Positions 41,776 to 55,673 of a DNA stretch of 64,000 nucleotides are shown here, one piece after another. Within the stretch, counting starts at the first letter, position 1. The number at the start of each line of letters is the position of its first letter. The notes beneath the pieces were generated by a model that was not told the origin of the DNA, searched no databases, and saw only the letters and a list, made by a program, of their open reading frames with translations. The position numbers were made by a program, and so were the translations under genes. This stretch comes from Octopus vulgaris (Eukaryota), in NCBI GenBank assembly GCA_951406725.2, contig OX597817.1, forward strand, positions 77,686,001 to 77,750,000. Reading direction: 5' to 3'.

Positions 41776-41880
41776 TTTTTACTATTATTCTCATTATTAT
41801 CATCGTGATCATTATCATTATTATTATCTTAGCAATACTCTTTCTCACTACACCCCTGTCCAAAAGAAGAAAACAAAGAG

Positions 41881-41920
<40 letters not shown>

Positions 41921-42344
41921 ATATATACATCCACAAAATGAAGTAATTTCACTGAAATAGGAAAGATAAATAGAACAAAAAAAATTTGAATAATAATTGA
42001 AAACAAAAATAATATTTATTATCTTAACCATCTCTCCCTCCTTCCGACCTCTACCCAAAATTTAGTACATTTAGTGAATTTTTTTTTGTATATTTTTTGC
42101 TTCTAATTCTCACATTTTTTAGAATTTAATCTCTGGCATTTTTTCTACAAATTTCTTTCTTTCTTCCATTATTTACTCTGTTTTATTATGTAATAGTTCA
42201 GTGTATATCTTGGATGAAATGTCAAAAGTTTCCTTTCTTTTTTTTCTTCGTAATTTCCATTCTTTTGTCAAACTGTAGAAATATCGGTTGTCACTCATCT
42301 GCGGGTAGAATGTTTGTCTTTCAAGCAAGCATGTTTTGGCTACA

Positions 42345-42379
<35 letters not shown>

Positions 42380-42430
42380 ACACATACATGTACCTATATA
42401 TGTATATACATACATATATATATGCATATG

Positions 42431-42475
<45 letters not shown>

Positions 42476-42574
42476 ATATATACATATATATACATATATA
42501 TATACATACACATATGTATATATATATATATGTTTATATATATATGCATATATACATATGTATGTATGTATTCC

Positions 42575-42636
<62 letters not shown>

Positions 42637-42846
42637 CATATACATACACACACACAGACGCACACACACTCACAGACATATATATATATATTTGGTGAAT
42701 GAAAATGAGTGGCGATGGAGATTTTTGAAAAATAATAATATGAAGAATGATGATGACAATGATGATGATGGCAAAAAAAGAACAAAAGAGATTATTAGCC
42801 ACCATGTCTAATGAATTTTGGCATATGCTTTGTCATCCTATATATA

Positions 42847-42897
<51 letters not shown>

Positions 42898-43330
42898 TTA
42901 GATATATACATATAGATATTCATGTTTGTATATATATGTAAGCTATATATGTATATATACACACACACATGCACATACATTCATACACACACATACATGT
43001 AGATATAGATATAAGTATATCAATATGTCTGCATATCTAGAGATATATGGAGGAAACGTATTGCTGCTCCATGTGGAGATTTTTATAATAATAATACTAG
43101 TCATCATGATAATGATGAGGATCAGAAAGAAGATGAAGATGGTGCTGATGATTCGATAATATTGATAATTATATTAGAGGGTGTGCTAAAACAGATGGTG
43201 GGTAACAGAGGAAAAGACGATAACATTAAATAGAATAGGACTATGCATAACACATAAATAATATAACATGCATATTTAAACACATAGGTGATAATTCAAA
43301 CAAGGATATACATGTCTATATATCTATATT

Positions 43331-43387
<57 letters not shown>

Positions 43388-43391
43388 CATA

Positions 43392-43422
<31 letters not shown>

Positions 43423-43499
43423 TAAAACTATGTGAATGTATATGTAATATATCTATACTTGTATAACAACTCACATACAAACACACAGACATATATATA

Positions 43500-43548
<49 letters not shown>

Positions 43549-43774
43549 ATGTATATGAAAAAATTGTGTGATTTTTTTGTGTATTGTATCTGTACGAATA
43601 TGTGTATATGTTAATCCCTGTGTAAAGCTTTTTCCATGTGTTTGCATGTCTGCTAATGCAAGTCAACTTGTGTATAAAAATATGTAAAAAAAAAAAGAAG
43701 TAAAAGAATAATTTCTTTATCATAGCTAAAAAGTTGCATTACATCAGGCATACATATATGTGCATGTATATACA

Positions 43775-43910
<136 letters not shown>

Positions 43911-43939
43911 GCATATATGTATATATATGTATATATAAA

Positions 43940-43971
<32 letters not shown>

Positions 43972-44169
43972 CTCATGCACACACACACACACATAAATGC
44001 ATGCATACATACATATGCACATTTATACACCCACACATAATTTGTAATTGTCTCTGTTGGTTTGCAGTTTTATTTTTCACGAGTTTCTCAATTGTGGTTC
44101 ACTTTACATTCTAAGGAAAATTATAAAAGTGGGCTTTCTTACCAAATTCAACAGGGAGATTTCTCTCTT

Positions 44170-44330
44170 CCATGTGTATACTCCAATGATTTCTATAGGT
44201 GACTGGATTCATTCATACACTGCTCTGTGTATCTGCAATTATTATTATTCCGATGGCCATTTATCACTTTCACTCTGGTCCCCAAAGTAAATCCCTGCAA
44301 TGCATCTTCAATGAATATGTTTTGCTTTAA
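44170..44330 (-). mobile_element. Possible RTE RT remnant
   Basis: NIFIEDALQGFTLG..VINGHRNNNNCRY resembles the segment before YADD. Confidence 0.4.
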
Positions 44331-44785
44331 GTCTGCTGCAGTTGTATTATATGCAATAAAAGGTATGCATGTGCATAACTATACACATGCATATACATGC
44401 ACGTGCCCGCATGAATATATACACTCACGCATATACATATACACATTTGCTCACCTATATGTGCATGTGTGTATATATAAACTCGCATACATGTGTGTGT
44501 ATGGAACTATATGCCTCTATGCTTGCTTATTCATGCATACATATATGCATATATACATACATGCATACTAGCATATATACTTATATATACATGTACATAT
44601 GCATGCATATTTTCTTATATATTTGTGTATATGTCTATAACTTTATTTGTAGATGTATGTGTGCAAATTTATATATATGTGTCTTCATATATGTGTGTGT
44701 GTGTGTGTGTGTATTTGTATACATGTACATACATATATAGAGAGAGGGACAGCATATAGAAATATATGAGCATTTATATATATAT

Positions 44786-44819
<34 letters not shown>

Positions 44820-44851
44820 GAATCCATATATACATATATATGAGCATTTAC

Positions 44852-44888
<37 letters not shown>

Positions 44889-45042
44889 TGAATCCATATA
44901 TACATATATATGTATATATACATATGTACATGCATCATACATACATGCATTCATAAATGCATATATACATACGTACATACATATATGTAATATATATATA
45001 TATATATATATATACGTATGTATATATTTATACATACATACA

Positions 45043-45112
<70 letters not shown>

Positions 45113-46185
45113 CCTCTGTGTATGTATATAGGTAGGTATCTATGCATGCATATATATATACACATATATGTGTGCATCTGTGTATAATTGTGCACATTTC
45201 AATTGCTGAATATACAGTGTTTGGCGTTGTATTCTGTCATAAATCTGTGCATCAGTGGAATTATTACACAACTATATAATTGACTAAAGATAAAAAAACT
45301 TGTCTAAGAAGCTTTTGATATGCTTCTGTTGATGAGGAAATCTTTCCTTTAACAGAAATACAGTTTGGAAAACAGAAAGCTTATCCCAGGAGATTGTGTT
45401 TTTCTGTGATAACAGCAACATTCTTATAACTGCTTCAAACATTTTCTAATACATAATTCAAAATGTGATTCATGATGATGACGATGACAATCCAGAAGAG
45501 GATAATGATGATGATTAGGATGGTGAAAATAATATTCCCAATAAAAAAGAAAACAGTATTGTAAATAATGTTAATGATAACTGTGGAGATTTTTCAGCTC
45601 TTGGAACAACATGGAATGAGAAATTTACTGGTGGAAAATGTTATCATCGTAATTGCCATCAGCATTTATTTCCCCTGCATATCATTGCTCATCTGCAAGG
45701 CTCAGTATTTTGTGTACTACACTCATATTCATCCTTGGGTGGATTTTTTTTTTGTTTTGATAACAGAAAATTTCTTATATTTGTTTCAAATATTTTCTTC
45801 AGCATTCCTTTTCCAATTGGCAGCACAAATTGATATTCAAACATGACATTTTATTGTCTTGAGCTGTGGCACTCATTGAGCCAGTTACCTGGTTTCCATG
45901 ACATTTAAATAACTGAGGCCACAACATACACCCTGAACATGGTGCCAGACCATCATAGGGTAACTCTTTTACAGCTGAATGGACTGAGTCAATGTAAAAT
46001 TAAATGTTTCCTCAAGAACACAACACATCACCCAGTCTAGAAATTGAAACCATGGTCTTGTGATTATGAGTGCAACATCCTGTCCACAAGGGTATGCACT
46101 TTTACATTCACACAGAACATTTATCATCATTTCATGTCAAACAGTGACACCAACACTGTTATCTCCCCTGTATATGTTTAGCCAT

Positions 46186-46697
46186 GAAGGTACATGGCTC
46201 AATGGTTAGAACGTTGGGCTCACAAACATGAGGTAGTGAGTTTGATTCCCAGACTGGGCTGTGTGTTGTGTTCTTGAGAAAAACATTTAATTTCATGAGC
46301 ATGATCGCTGCAAGCAGCTGACTGGCTTCCGTGCTGGTGGCACATAAAAAGCACTATTCAAATGTGATCGTTACCAGCGTCGCCTTACTGGCACTTGTGC
46401 CAGTGGCACATGAAAAACATTCGAGCGAGGTCGTTGCCAGTGCCACTGGACTGGCTCCTGTGTAGGTGGCACATAAAATCACCACTTGAGTGCGGCCGTT
46501 GCCAGTACTGCCTGCCTCGCGCTTGTGCCGGCGGCACGTAAAAGCACCCACTACACTCTCAGAGTGGTTGGTGTTAGGAAGGGCATCCAGCAGTAGAAAC
46601 TCTGCCAGATCAGATTGGAGTCTGGTGCAGACATCTGGTTCACCAGTCCTCAGTCAAATCGCCCAACCCATGCTAGCATGGAAAGCGGACGTTAAAC

Positions 46698-46737
<40 letters not shown>

Positions 46738-46925
46738 TTGCTCTACTTCACTCAGTTGTAGAAATGAGCTGTAATGTCACTGGTACCAACATCGGTGGCA
46801 TGGAGAGGGGAGGCTGGTATACTTAGGGTGACTGCTGATCTTCCATAAATGGACTTGTACGATGGAGGGAAAATTTCTAGGTGTAATCCCATGAGCATTC
46901 ATGACCAAACGGGATCTTTACTCTT
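46186..46925 (+). mobile_element. Family-C SINE split by a family-N insertion (46279-46737)
   Basis: tttcatg|ttgctctacttcactcag rejoin across the insert. Confidence 0.85.
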
Positions 46926-46959
46926 GCATATGGTTAGGTAATGTCATCAGTTGTATGAA

Positions 46960-47700
46960 TTCTTATAGCATTGAATAGAATTTTGTAGGTACTAGACATC
47001 TGTCAGTCTTGGGAGGCCATGGATCTGTGCCCAAAGAAATGGTATCAGCTGCTGATGGTGATGCAGTGTCTGTTGTGGCTGTACTGCCCCACATGGGAGT
47101 GGCAGTCATGCACACAGCAACTGCATTTGAAGGAGCTCTCTGCCAGTGCTGATGATTTTTTTCCCTTCCGTTGAATGCGATTTCCATTGATGGCAAGCAC
47201 CGGTTTGTCTTCCACAGTATTTTATTTCTTTATTGCTCACAAGCGGCTAAACATAGAGGGGACAAACAAGAACAGACAAAGGGATTAAGTCGATTACATC
47301 GCCACCGTACGTAACTGGTACTTAATTTATCGACTCCGAAAGAATGAAAGGCAAAGTCGACCTCGGCGGAATTTGAACTCAGAACGTAAAGACAGGCGAA
47401 ATACCGCTAAGCATTTTGCCCGGCATGTTAACGTTTGTGCCAGCTTGCCACCTTTCACAGTATTTGCCTCCAGTGTGGGCAATTATTTGCAGCCTCCCCC
47501 AATCTCAGGACGTCCAGATCAAGTGATTTCATATCTGTCTTGCACTTACAGACATTTTTGAAATGAAAATGTGGTAGTCTTCATGCTCTCGTACTGGTAG
47601 CCAATTCCTCATGCATGAGGCCTTTTGAGATACTTTCGTCTGACATGTAATGAACACGACTGAGCCGGCTCAAACAATGCTGCTGGAGAAAGATGTGTAT
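46960..47700 (-). mobile_element. RTE/BovB-like LINE C-terminal remnant
   Basis: RVHYMSDESISKGLMHEEL...FKNVCK..DMKSL...HWRQ. Confidence 0.75.
47222..47455 (-). mobile_element. SINE family M inserted in the RTE remnant
   Basis: TSD cacagtattt on both sides. Confidence 0.9.
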
Positions 47701-47975
47701 GACAAGAATGACTTACAAGGAATTAAGTAAACTCATTAGTACTGATGCTATGATGAAATACACTCAATACACTATGAAATGGTTGACAAACAAATATTGG
47801 CAATGTAGTTGTAGGAATCTCAAACCTTCCAAATTTTCCTGACATTTTTTTTTTAAAGGCTAATGAAGTATAAAGTATAAGATGTATACAAAACAGTCCC
47901 ACTGCAACAGAGTAATATTAGATAATACTGAAAAGATGTAAGACTAATCATATACAGAAAAAACTGAGTAGAATA

Positions 47976-48146
47976 GGCGTAGGAGTGGCTGTGTGGTAAG
48001 TAGCTTGCTTATGAAGCACATGGTTCCAGGTTCAGTCCCACTGCGTGGCACCTTGGGCAAGTGTCTTCTACTATAGCCTCGCGCCAACCAAAGCCTTGTG
48101 AGAGGATTTGGTAGATGGAAACTGAAAGAAGCCCAGCGTATATATG

Positions 48147-48197
<51 letters not shown>

Positions 48198-48449
48198 ATG
48201 TTTGCGTGTGTGTCTGTGTGTGTGTATGTTTGTGTGTCTGTGTTTGTCCTCCTAACATCGCTTGACAACTGATGCTGGTGTGTTTATGTCCCTGTAACTT
48301 AGCAGTTTGGCAAAAGAGACTGATAGAATAACTACTAGGCTTACAAAGAATAAGTCCTGGGGTCGATTTGCTCAACTAAAGGCAGTGCTCCAGCATGGCC
48401 ACAGTCAAATGACTGAAACAAGTAAAAGAGTAAAAGAGTAAAAAGAGAA
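47976..48449 (+). mobile_element. SINE family A
   Basis: Full-length homologue of 18277 copy. Confidence 0.92.
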
Positions 48450-48607
48450 TGCTTTAGCTGCATAAATCATTTGTGTCTTTGGAGAATCACAAGGTCAACT
48501 TCACCCAGAACATTTGTTGTAGGTTAAACAACTAATGTGGTAAATAGATATCAGAAGAAAATGCTACATCAGCTCATTTTACAAATTAGAGCAGCTTTGA
48601 AACTTAA

Positions 48608-48827
48608 GCCTTTAACATTCAGATTGCTCTGTGAAATGTAATGCTTATTCATTCACATTGTTTTGAGTTTGTCATACATTATCTTGTAGCTTTGGGATTT
48701 TGATGACGTGATTGTTTATTTTTAGAATGACATTGTAGGGTAGATGTGAAAGGTTTGATCTGTCTACTTTGAACATAAAATAGAAAGAATATTTGGGCCT
48801 GATGTTGATGGCTTAAATACCAAAGGG
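48608..48827. mobile_element. piggyBac-type MITE (partial second copy 62537-62629)
   Basis: TTAA flanks; ends gcctttaacatt / aataccaaaggg. Confidence 0.7.
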
Positions 48828-48872
48828 TTAAGGATGAATATGGTGCAGTATCATGATTGAATGGGTTAAATA

Positions 48873-49352
48873 TCATCATCATCATCATTGTTTAACGTCC
48901 GCTTTCCATGCTAGCATGGGTTGGACGATTTGACTGAGGACTGGCGAACCAGATGGCTGCACCAGGCTCCAATCTGATCTGGTAGAGTTTCTACAGCTGG
49001 ATGCCCTTTCTAATGCCAACCACTCCGAGAGTGTAATGGGTGCTTTTACGTGCCACTGGCATGAGGACCAGTCAGGTAGTATTGGCAACGGTCAGGCCCA
49101 AATGGTGTTTTTATGTGCCACCTGCACAGGAGTCAGTCCAGCAGCACTGGCAATGACTTCACTCGAATGTTTTTTCACGTGTCACTGGCACAAGTGCCAG
49201 TTAGGCGACACTGATAATGATCACACTCGAATGGTGTTTTGTACGTGCCACCAGCATGGAAGCCAGTTAGCTGCTCTGGCAACGATCATGCTCGGATGGT
49301 GCTTTTAGCACTCCACTAACACGGATGCCAGTCACCGAATTTGATTTTGATT
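48873..49352 (-). mobile_element. Family N element
   Basis: Reverse complement of 46279-46737. Confidence 0.9.
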
Positions 49353-49456
49353 ATGAAATAGCATACCCAGCTGCAAATATATATAATTCAGTATTATAGG
49401 GTTTTACCCTGTCAATATCAAAGACCCTCCTTCTCTAAGCCTTAGAATTCGTTTAA

Positions 49457-49668
49457 GGCGGCGAGCTGGCAGAAGTGTTAGCATGCCCAGTGAAATGCTT
49501 AGCAGTATTTCGTCTGTCTTTACGTTGAGTTCAAATTCCACCGAGCTTGACTTTGCCTTTCATCCTTTTGGGGTCGATAAATTATGTACCAGTTGCATAC
49601 TGGGGTCGATCTAATTGACTGGCCCTATCCCACAAAATTTCGGGCCTTGTGCCTAGAGTAGAAAAGAA
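49457..49668 (+). mobile_element. SINE family M
   Basis: Homology to other copies. Confidence 0.88.
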
Positions 49669-49889
49669 TCACTGACTCCAGCATTAGTATGATTTTGAAT
49701 CCTAGAAAATAGTTATTATTTCACAATAACTGTTGTCAGGTGAAGAAACTGGCAAGAAACCCTTCAGCGTTGCATTAAGGTATTTTGAATGGGAGGAACT
49801 CATAGGGTTTATAGGCCTAGACATTCTTAATATCCTGAATAATGAAGTAAAGAAGGTTAAAGAATACCTAGAATAATGAAGTAAAGAAA

Positions 49890-50050
49890 GCGCAGGAGCG
49901 GCTGTGTGGTAAGTAGCTTGCTTACGAACCACATGGTTCTGGGTTCAGTCCCACTGTGCGGCACCTTCAGCAAGTGTCTTCTACTATAGCTTTGGGCCGA
50001 CCAAAGCCTTGTGAGTGGATTTGGCAGACAGAAACTGAAAGAAGCCCGTC

Positions 50051-50091
<41 letters not shown>

Positions 50092-50325
50092 TATGTGTGT
50101 GTATATGTTTTGGTGTCTGTGTTTGTGCCCCCAAAATCGCTTGACAACCGATTCTGGTGTGTTTACATCCGCCGTAACTTAGCTGTTCGGCAAAAGAGAC
50201 TGATAGAATAACTACTAGGCTTACAAAGAATATGTCCTGGTGTTGATTTTCTCGACTAAAGGCGGTGCTCCAGCATGACCACAGTCAAATGACTGAAACA
50301 AGTAAAAGATTAAAATAGAATAAGA
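49890..50325 (+). mobile_element. SINE family A
   Basis: Homology to other copies. Confidence 0.9.
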
Positions 50326-50584
50326 TTATAAAGTGATGATGGACTGAAGTGGTACACAAGAGAAAAAGATACAAAACTGAGAGTATTAGAAAGAAGCTTA
50401 TAAATATAGCTACACATCTCGATCTGAAGATTATTGTAAATACAAATCTGAAATGATTGACTTGTTAGACAATATACTGAATCTCACAAGGTGGAAATAT
50501 GCACTTCCCCTTCTCACAAACCTAATAATCTATATAATTAACTGGCACAACCCCTCCACCCACAGTCATCAGACATATTACCAA

Positions 50585-51528
50585 CAGTGACGTATGGTGG
50601 TTGTTGTCATTGGGTGTGCTTCCACATTGACCATACTATGACTAACATTGGTATTACTCAAATTAAGCATACAAATTGTGTATTTCTAAATTTTAAATAA
50701 AATCCCCAAGTACGCAACTAAGAAAATCGCAAAATTCACTGAGCTAAATATCAACGCACAGCCTTCCACATCGAACCGTTTTTAGTGACTAATGACAAAA
50801 TAGCCAATACTGCCCAAACTTGTAGTGTTTGATGTGCTAATTTGACCTGACTCAAGTTTTGTTTCTGACTTCTAAAAGTGTACTAGTAGTTTTGAAAATA
50901 AATTAAGATCAAAGTTATATATTGATTTTGTAAGAAAAATATTACTGTAAAAAAATTAGTTTTAGTTTAGGAATTTTAAATTATTGTGAAGTACATTTGC
51001 CACTTAAATGTGGCTAACCCCTATGGGTGGATGCTACTATAGCTTGTAGCCCCAGGAGGACACCTCCTCCAGCTGGCTATTGACACACTTTCTGTGCCCT
51101 ATCAAGCTACAGTAGCATCCACCCTTAGAGGTTAGCCACATTTAAGTGGCAAATGTACTTCACAATGTTGTGCAGCTACTGTTTATACTTCACTCAGAGA
51201 TTTATTATTGCAATTTAAAATTAATTTAAACATACATCTTCTTGCCACGAAAAAGAACATGTGACCGTGCTGTCAAAGCTGTTGCACACCCTTTGCAACA
51301 TTTTTTGTCATTCTCTCATTATTCTACACTACGCCTAGTACATTATTATGATATGATACCCTATGAGGTGTGCAGCGTTATTTCAGGACACAAAAATTCA
51401 AGCAGGGGTACAAGTTTTCCATTATGATTTGTGATTAAATTAATGAGTAAGGTTAATATTTATAATGAATTTGCCATTTTCGCTGGGTGTGCAATACACA
51501 CCTAGCAAACCTGGAATATACGCCCCTG
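50585..51528. mobile_element. hAT-type non-autonomous element
   Basis: TIR cagtgacgtat / atacgcccctg (9 of 11 match); 8-bp TSD attaccaa / gttaccaa. Confidence 0.7.
50983..51166. repeat. Fold-back fragment of the family seen at 1-385
   Basis: ~63-bp inverted arms with 3 mismatches. Confidence 0.85.
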
Positions 51529-51960
51529 GTTACCAATAATATTAGCTGGCCATTCTCAGATAAAACCATTTAGTATTACAATATTGCACTCACAAGATCT
51601 GGCTTTAAACAAAAAAATTAATTAACTATAAAGTATAGACATAGAAGAGTCTAATGGTTTAATACACCAAATAATAAGATTGCAATAATCAATGCAGCTA
51701 GGCGATTCTTCATTGTAGTTATTCTAGTGTTTATATATATTCTTTGAATGATGGCAAAAGGACTCTGGCACGGAAAACTAACGACCAATTAATTGTTCAA
51801 TCAACACATTAAACAAACAATTGAATAATTTGTTGGTAAAAAATAAAGAAGTGATACTGGACCAGTGTGTGTGTTTATTTTAAATTTTATTGGAGTAATG
51901 ACCCTACCTAGACACAACAATACATACATATATTTGTGCGTGTGTGTGTGTATGTATGTG

Positions 51961-52014
<54 letters not shown>

Positions 52015-52129
52015 CATAAAATGTATGTATCTGTCTATCTATCTATATATCTATATATATATACATATACATATGTATATACATACGTACATACATATAC
52101 ATACATACATACATACATACATACATACA

Positions 52130-52180
<51 letters not shown>

Positions 52181-52757
52181 GTATACACATGCATAGTATG
52201 ATTAATGAGATGACACCAATTCATCATGTAATTAATCTCTCAAAGGAGTTTATATTTTATGATTTTTTTTATTCTCATTAAAAAAATATTTAAAAAAAAA
52301 ATCTTTCAACACAGTAATCTTATCTATACTTTACATCTTTCTACCCAAATGCCTTAATATGCATTACATATTAAATTAGAGCAGTGGGACAATATGCCTG
52401 GCAATATTTGGTTATGTGCTGCTATATACAGAGTTCAAATCCCACCAGGGGCAATGTTGCCTTTCATCTTTTCTGGAACCGATAAGAATAATTACAAGTC
52501 AATTACTGGCAATGAGTTGATTGATTATTCAACACTCCTATGACCCACACACCCATACCATAAATACACATGCACATCACATCACATACACATTATTCAT
52601 ACACAGAAAAATATTGTAGCTTTGTACCAAAAACAGAAGTGAATATTATGTATTAACTTTGTACACTTTTATATTCCAAAAATGTATTTTTTTTCTGCCC
52701 TTATCAGTAGAGAAAAAGCAGCACTTAGGCAATATATATGATTCCTAAGACTCCTGG

Positions 52758-53340
52758 GTGGAAGTATGTGACTTAGTAGTTCAGATGTTGCATTCATGGT
52801 CGTAAGATTAAGGGTTCACTTCCTGGACTGGGCAATGTGTTGTGTTCTTGAGTAAAAGACTTCATTTCACATTGTCCCAGTTCATTTCTTCATGTCTTCT
52901 TCTCACCCTTTCCAAGCCTAGCCAGGCTCATGGGCTCAGTTTCCCGGTTTCTGTGGTGTATGTGTTCCCCCCAGCTGGACGGGACGCCAGTCCATCACAG
53001 TGTTACTCAAGAAACAAGAAGAGAGAGTGAGAGAAAGTTGTGGCGAAAGAGTACAACAGGGGTTGCCACCCCCACCACTGCCAGAGCCTCATGGAGCTTT
53101 TTTAGGTGTTTTCGCTCAATAAACACACACAACGCCTGGTCTGGTAATCGAAACCTTGATCCTCCGACCGCGAGTCTGCTGCCCTAACCATGGGGCCATT
53201 ACGCCTCCACTCCCAGTTCATTTAGCAAACAAAATTGAGAAATTCTGTGACAGACCAGTGTTCAGTCCAGTAAGGAATTTATATGCCACAGAAACCAGAA
53301 AACCAGCTTTCAGAGTCTATATGACTTGGGAAGAAGCTTT
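52758..53340 (+). mobile_element. Family-C SINE with a family-B SINE nested in reverse (52888-53210)
   Basis: 13-bp TSD tcccagttcattt at 52875 and 53211. Confidence 0.85.
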
Positions 53341-54039
53341 TGTGCTAGTGGCACATAAAGAAAACCCTTTGGACTTTGAGCCTCATGGAGGCAGTGACAA
53401 GTGACTGAGACCTTTGGCAATACACCATGCTTGAGAAGAGTCAAGTGAGATTGTAGTCATAGCTGATGCTGGTGTTTCATAACTGGCACTCATGCTAGTG
53501 GCACATAAAATGCATCCACTACACTCTTAGAGTGGTTAGTGGTAGGGAAGGCATCCAAATGTGGAAGCTAAGCCAAATCAGATTGAGACGTTGTACAGCT
53601 CCCCAGCTTACCAGTTTTCAATCAATCTGTCCAGCCCATGCCAGCATGGAAAACGGATGTTTAGTGATGATATTGATGATGATGACGATGATGATGACTA
53701 CTCGAGGTAAAAGCTCCAACAGTTACTCCACACCATGGAGTATTCTTCATCAAACAGGTAATCCAGCTTTGACTATTTCATTGACTTTATATAAATACAA
53801 GGATCTGTACCGGAAAATTAATTTTTCTACATTTAAGCCAGTGTGGTGCAAGTAGGAAGATCAATGGCTGGCAGAGTGGTGAACCAAATGAAGGCTTCTT
53901 CTTCATTAGTGTGAACCATAACTCATGGGTTCGGTTGCCACATTTTGCAACAGCAAACCAACATATGAAAGATATTAGATATACAAATGTAGACACTGTT
54001 CAACAAATAGTATATTTCAGTCATGACTATATATGTGTG

Positions 54040-54880
54040 ATTAATTATTGAAAGAATTATATTCATCTGATAAAATATTTTTACTGGCTTCAAAGGAAGC
54101 AGTTACAAACAAATATCTGAAGCAACAATGGGGATGAAAGTTGTGCCTACTTATGCCAATTTAATCAGTGCATACCTAGAAGTCTAGCTGTATTAATAAT
54201 CTAGACTAAAGTATGAGGCCAGCTTTCATGAATATATATTAGAATATTAGAAACGTTACTTGGATCACCACCCAGTCTTCCCCAATGACTTGAAAACCAT
54301 TATTAATAGTGTAACAATATTACATAATATTGTTATTTACAAGATATATGTGATAAATCGTTCTCTTTTAAAGCCTAGAACTTAAACAGATCTATAAATA
54401 ATTATATAGGGTTAAAATCTCTTGGATGGAAAAGGCTTTTTCTATTGAAGGGTTTTTACACTATTATTTATAGTATTATCTACTTTGAGTTCTACCACTT
54501 TAAAAGTGATTTATTTCATAAGCAGCAGTATATAGTTCATGGATATTTTAATCTAAAAAAAGAAAAGGCATACACATTGAAACTGAGATCAACTACAAAC
54601 TGACAGACTTGAAACAATACTTAAATTTTTATTTCTTGCCACCCAAAACTCACCAAAATAAATATACCATCATAAACAATATGTCCAATTGTCTTCAATT
54701 TCAGAATTTGGAACAGAAGATTATAAGAATTAAAAGGAATATAACTTGAAGAACTGTAACCAACAAGGATAATCAATATGAAGATAGGCTTTCCCAAAGC
54801 AACAGACATTCAAGGATTGCAAAGAACAAACACCAATTCTAATATACTAGATACTCTTCCTTATGTCACAGCATATATAT
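54040..54880 (+). mobile_element. Decayed Penelope-like RT/thumb ORF
   Basis: YKQISEATMGMKVVPTYANL..YLE, KRYLD, YKLTDLKQYLNFISCHPKLTKINIP, LPYV. Confidence 0.85.
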
Positions 54881-55092
54881 GAGAAACTGAGTAATACCAA
54901 TTGGTTGATAACTGACGAAGAATTAGGGACATTCTATGTCTGTCTCCTGTCTAGTTGTACACTCAGTGTACACCAACCATGGATGACACCAGATAGCCCA
55001 AACTGTGAACATGCTTTACTCAACACACTAATTGACATATGCCCATTAGTCCAAACAATTACATATGTATACATATATACATTTATATATAT

Positions 55093-55391
55093 ATGACGGA
55101 CTCTCCCGTCATTAGACGACGTATGAGGATTCAGCAATTTTTTACCAAACAACCACACGGATGATTATTTTATAGCGATCAAATGTTTGTGTAGACATAA
55201 GCTCACTCCCCTTGTCAAATCGACGTTACCTGTACAGGTGCAACGGGGTGCCACATATCAGATGGCGAAGTGATTGCAGAGCAATGTAAAATGAAGTGGC
55301 TTGCTCAAGAACACAATGCAATGCCCGATCTGGGAATCAAACTTACTATCTTGCAATCATGAGTGCAGCACCTTAACCACTGAGCCATGTG

Positions 55392-55395
<4 letters not shown>
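55093..55395 (-). mobile_element. Family-C-like SINE
   Basis: Reverse complement of tRNA head and cttgagcaag core. Confidence 0.7.
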
Positions 55396-55429
<34 letters not shown>

Positions 55430-55432
<3 letters not shown>

Positions 55433-55641
55433 GTAAGTAGCTTGCTTACGAACCACATGGTTCCAGGTTCAGTCCCACTGTGTGGCACCTTGGGCAAGTG
55501 TCTTCTACTATAGCCTCGGGCTGACCAAAGCCTTGTGAGTGGATTTGGTAGACAGAAACTGAAATAAGCCCGTTGTAACCCATGCTAGCATGGAAAGTGG
55601 ACGTTAAACGATGATGATGATGATGATGATGTGTATATTTA

Positions 55642-55673
<32 letters not shown>

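Larger units (their letters stand above)
49380..51625 (+). mobile_element. Decayed Penelope-like RT ORF interrupted by three insertions
   Basis: FYP/SISKTLLL*ALEF, RK*LLFHN, LIGFIGLDIL, DDGL, IRKKLI, TNLK, HKPNN, YNIALTRSGF in collinear order. Confidence 0.75.

Noticed and set aside
45240-45850. Acidic stretch suggesting a transposase N-terminus or exon
   Set aside because: Stops in the candidate frames and no diagnostic motif.
46279-46560. CRISPR-like repeat/spacer appearance
   Set aside because: Spacers are homologous to each other, the context is a eukaryotic SINE, and there are no cas genes.
54905-54935. CTGACGA plus hairpin after the Penelope remnant
   Set aside because: Possibly an HHR 5' half, but no GAAA/GUH follows, so it is not called.
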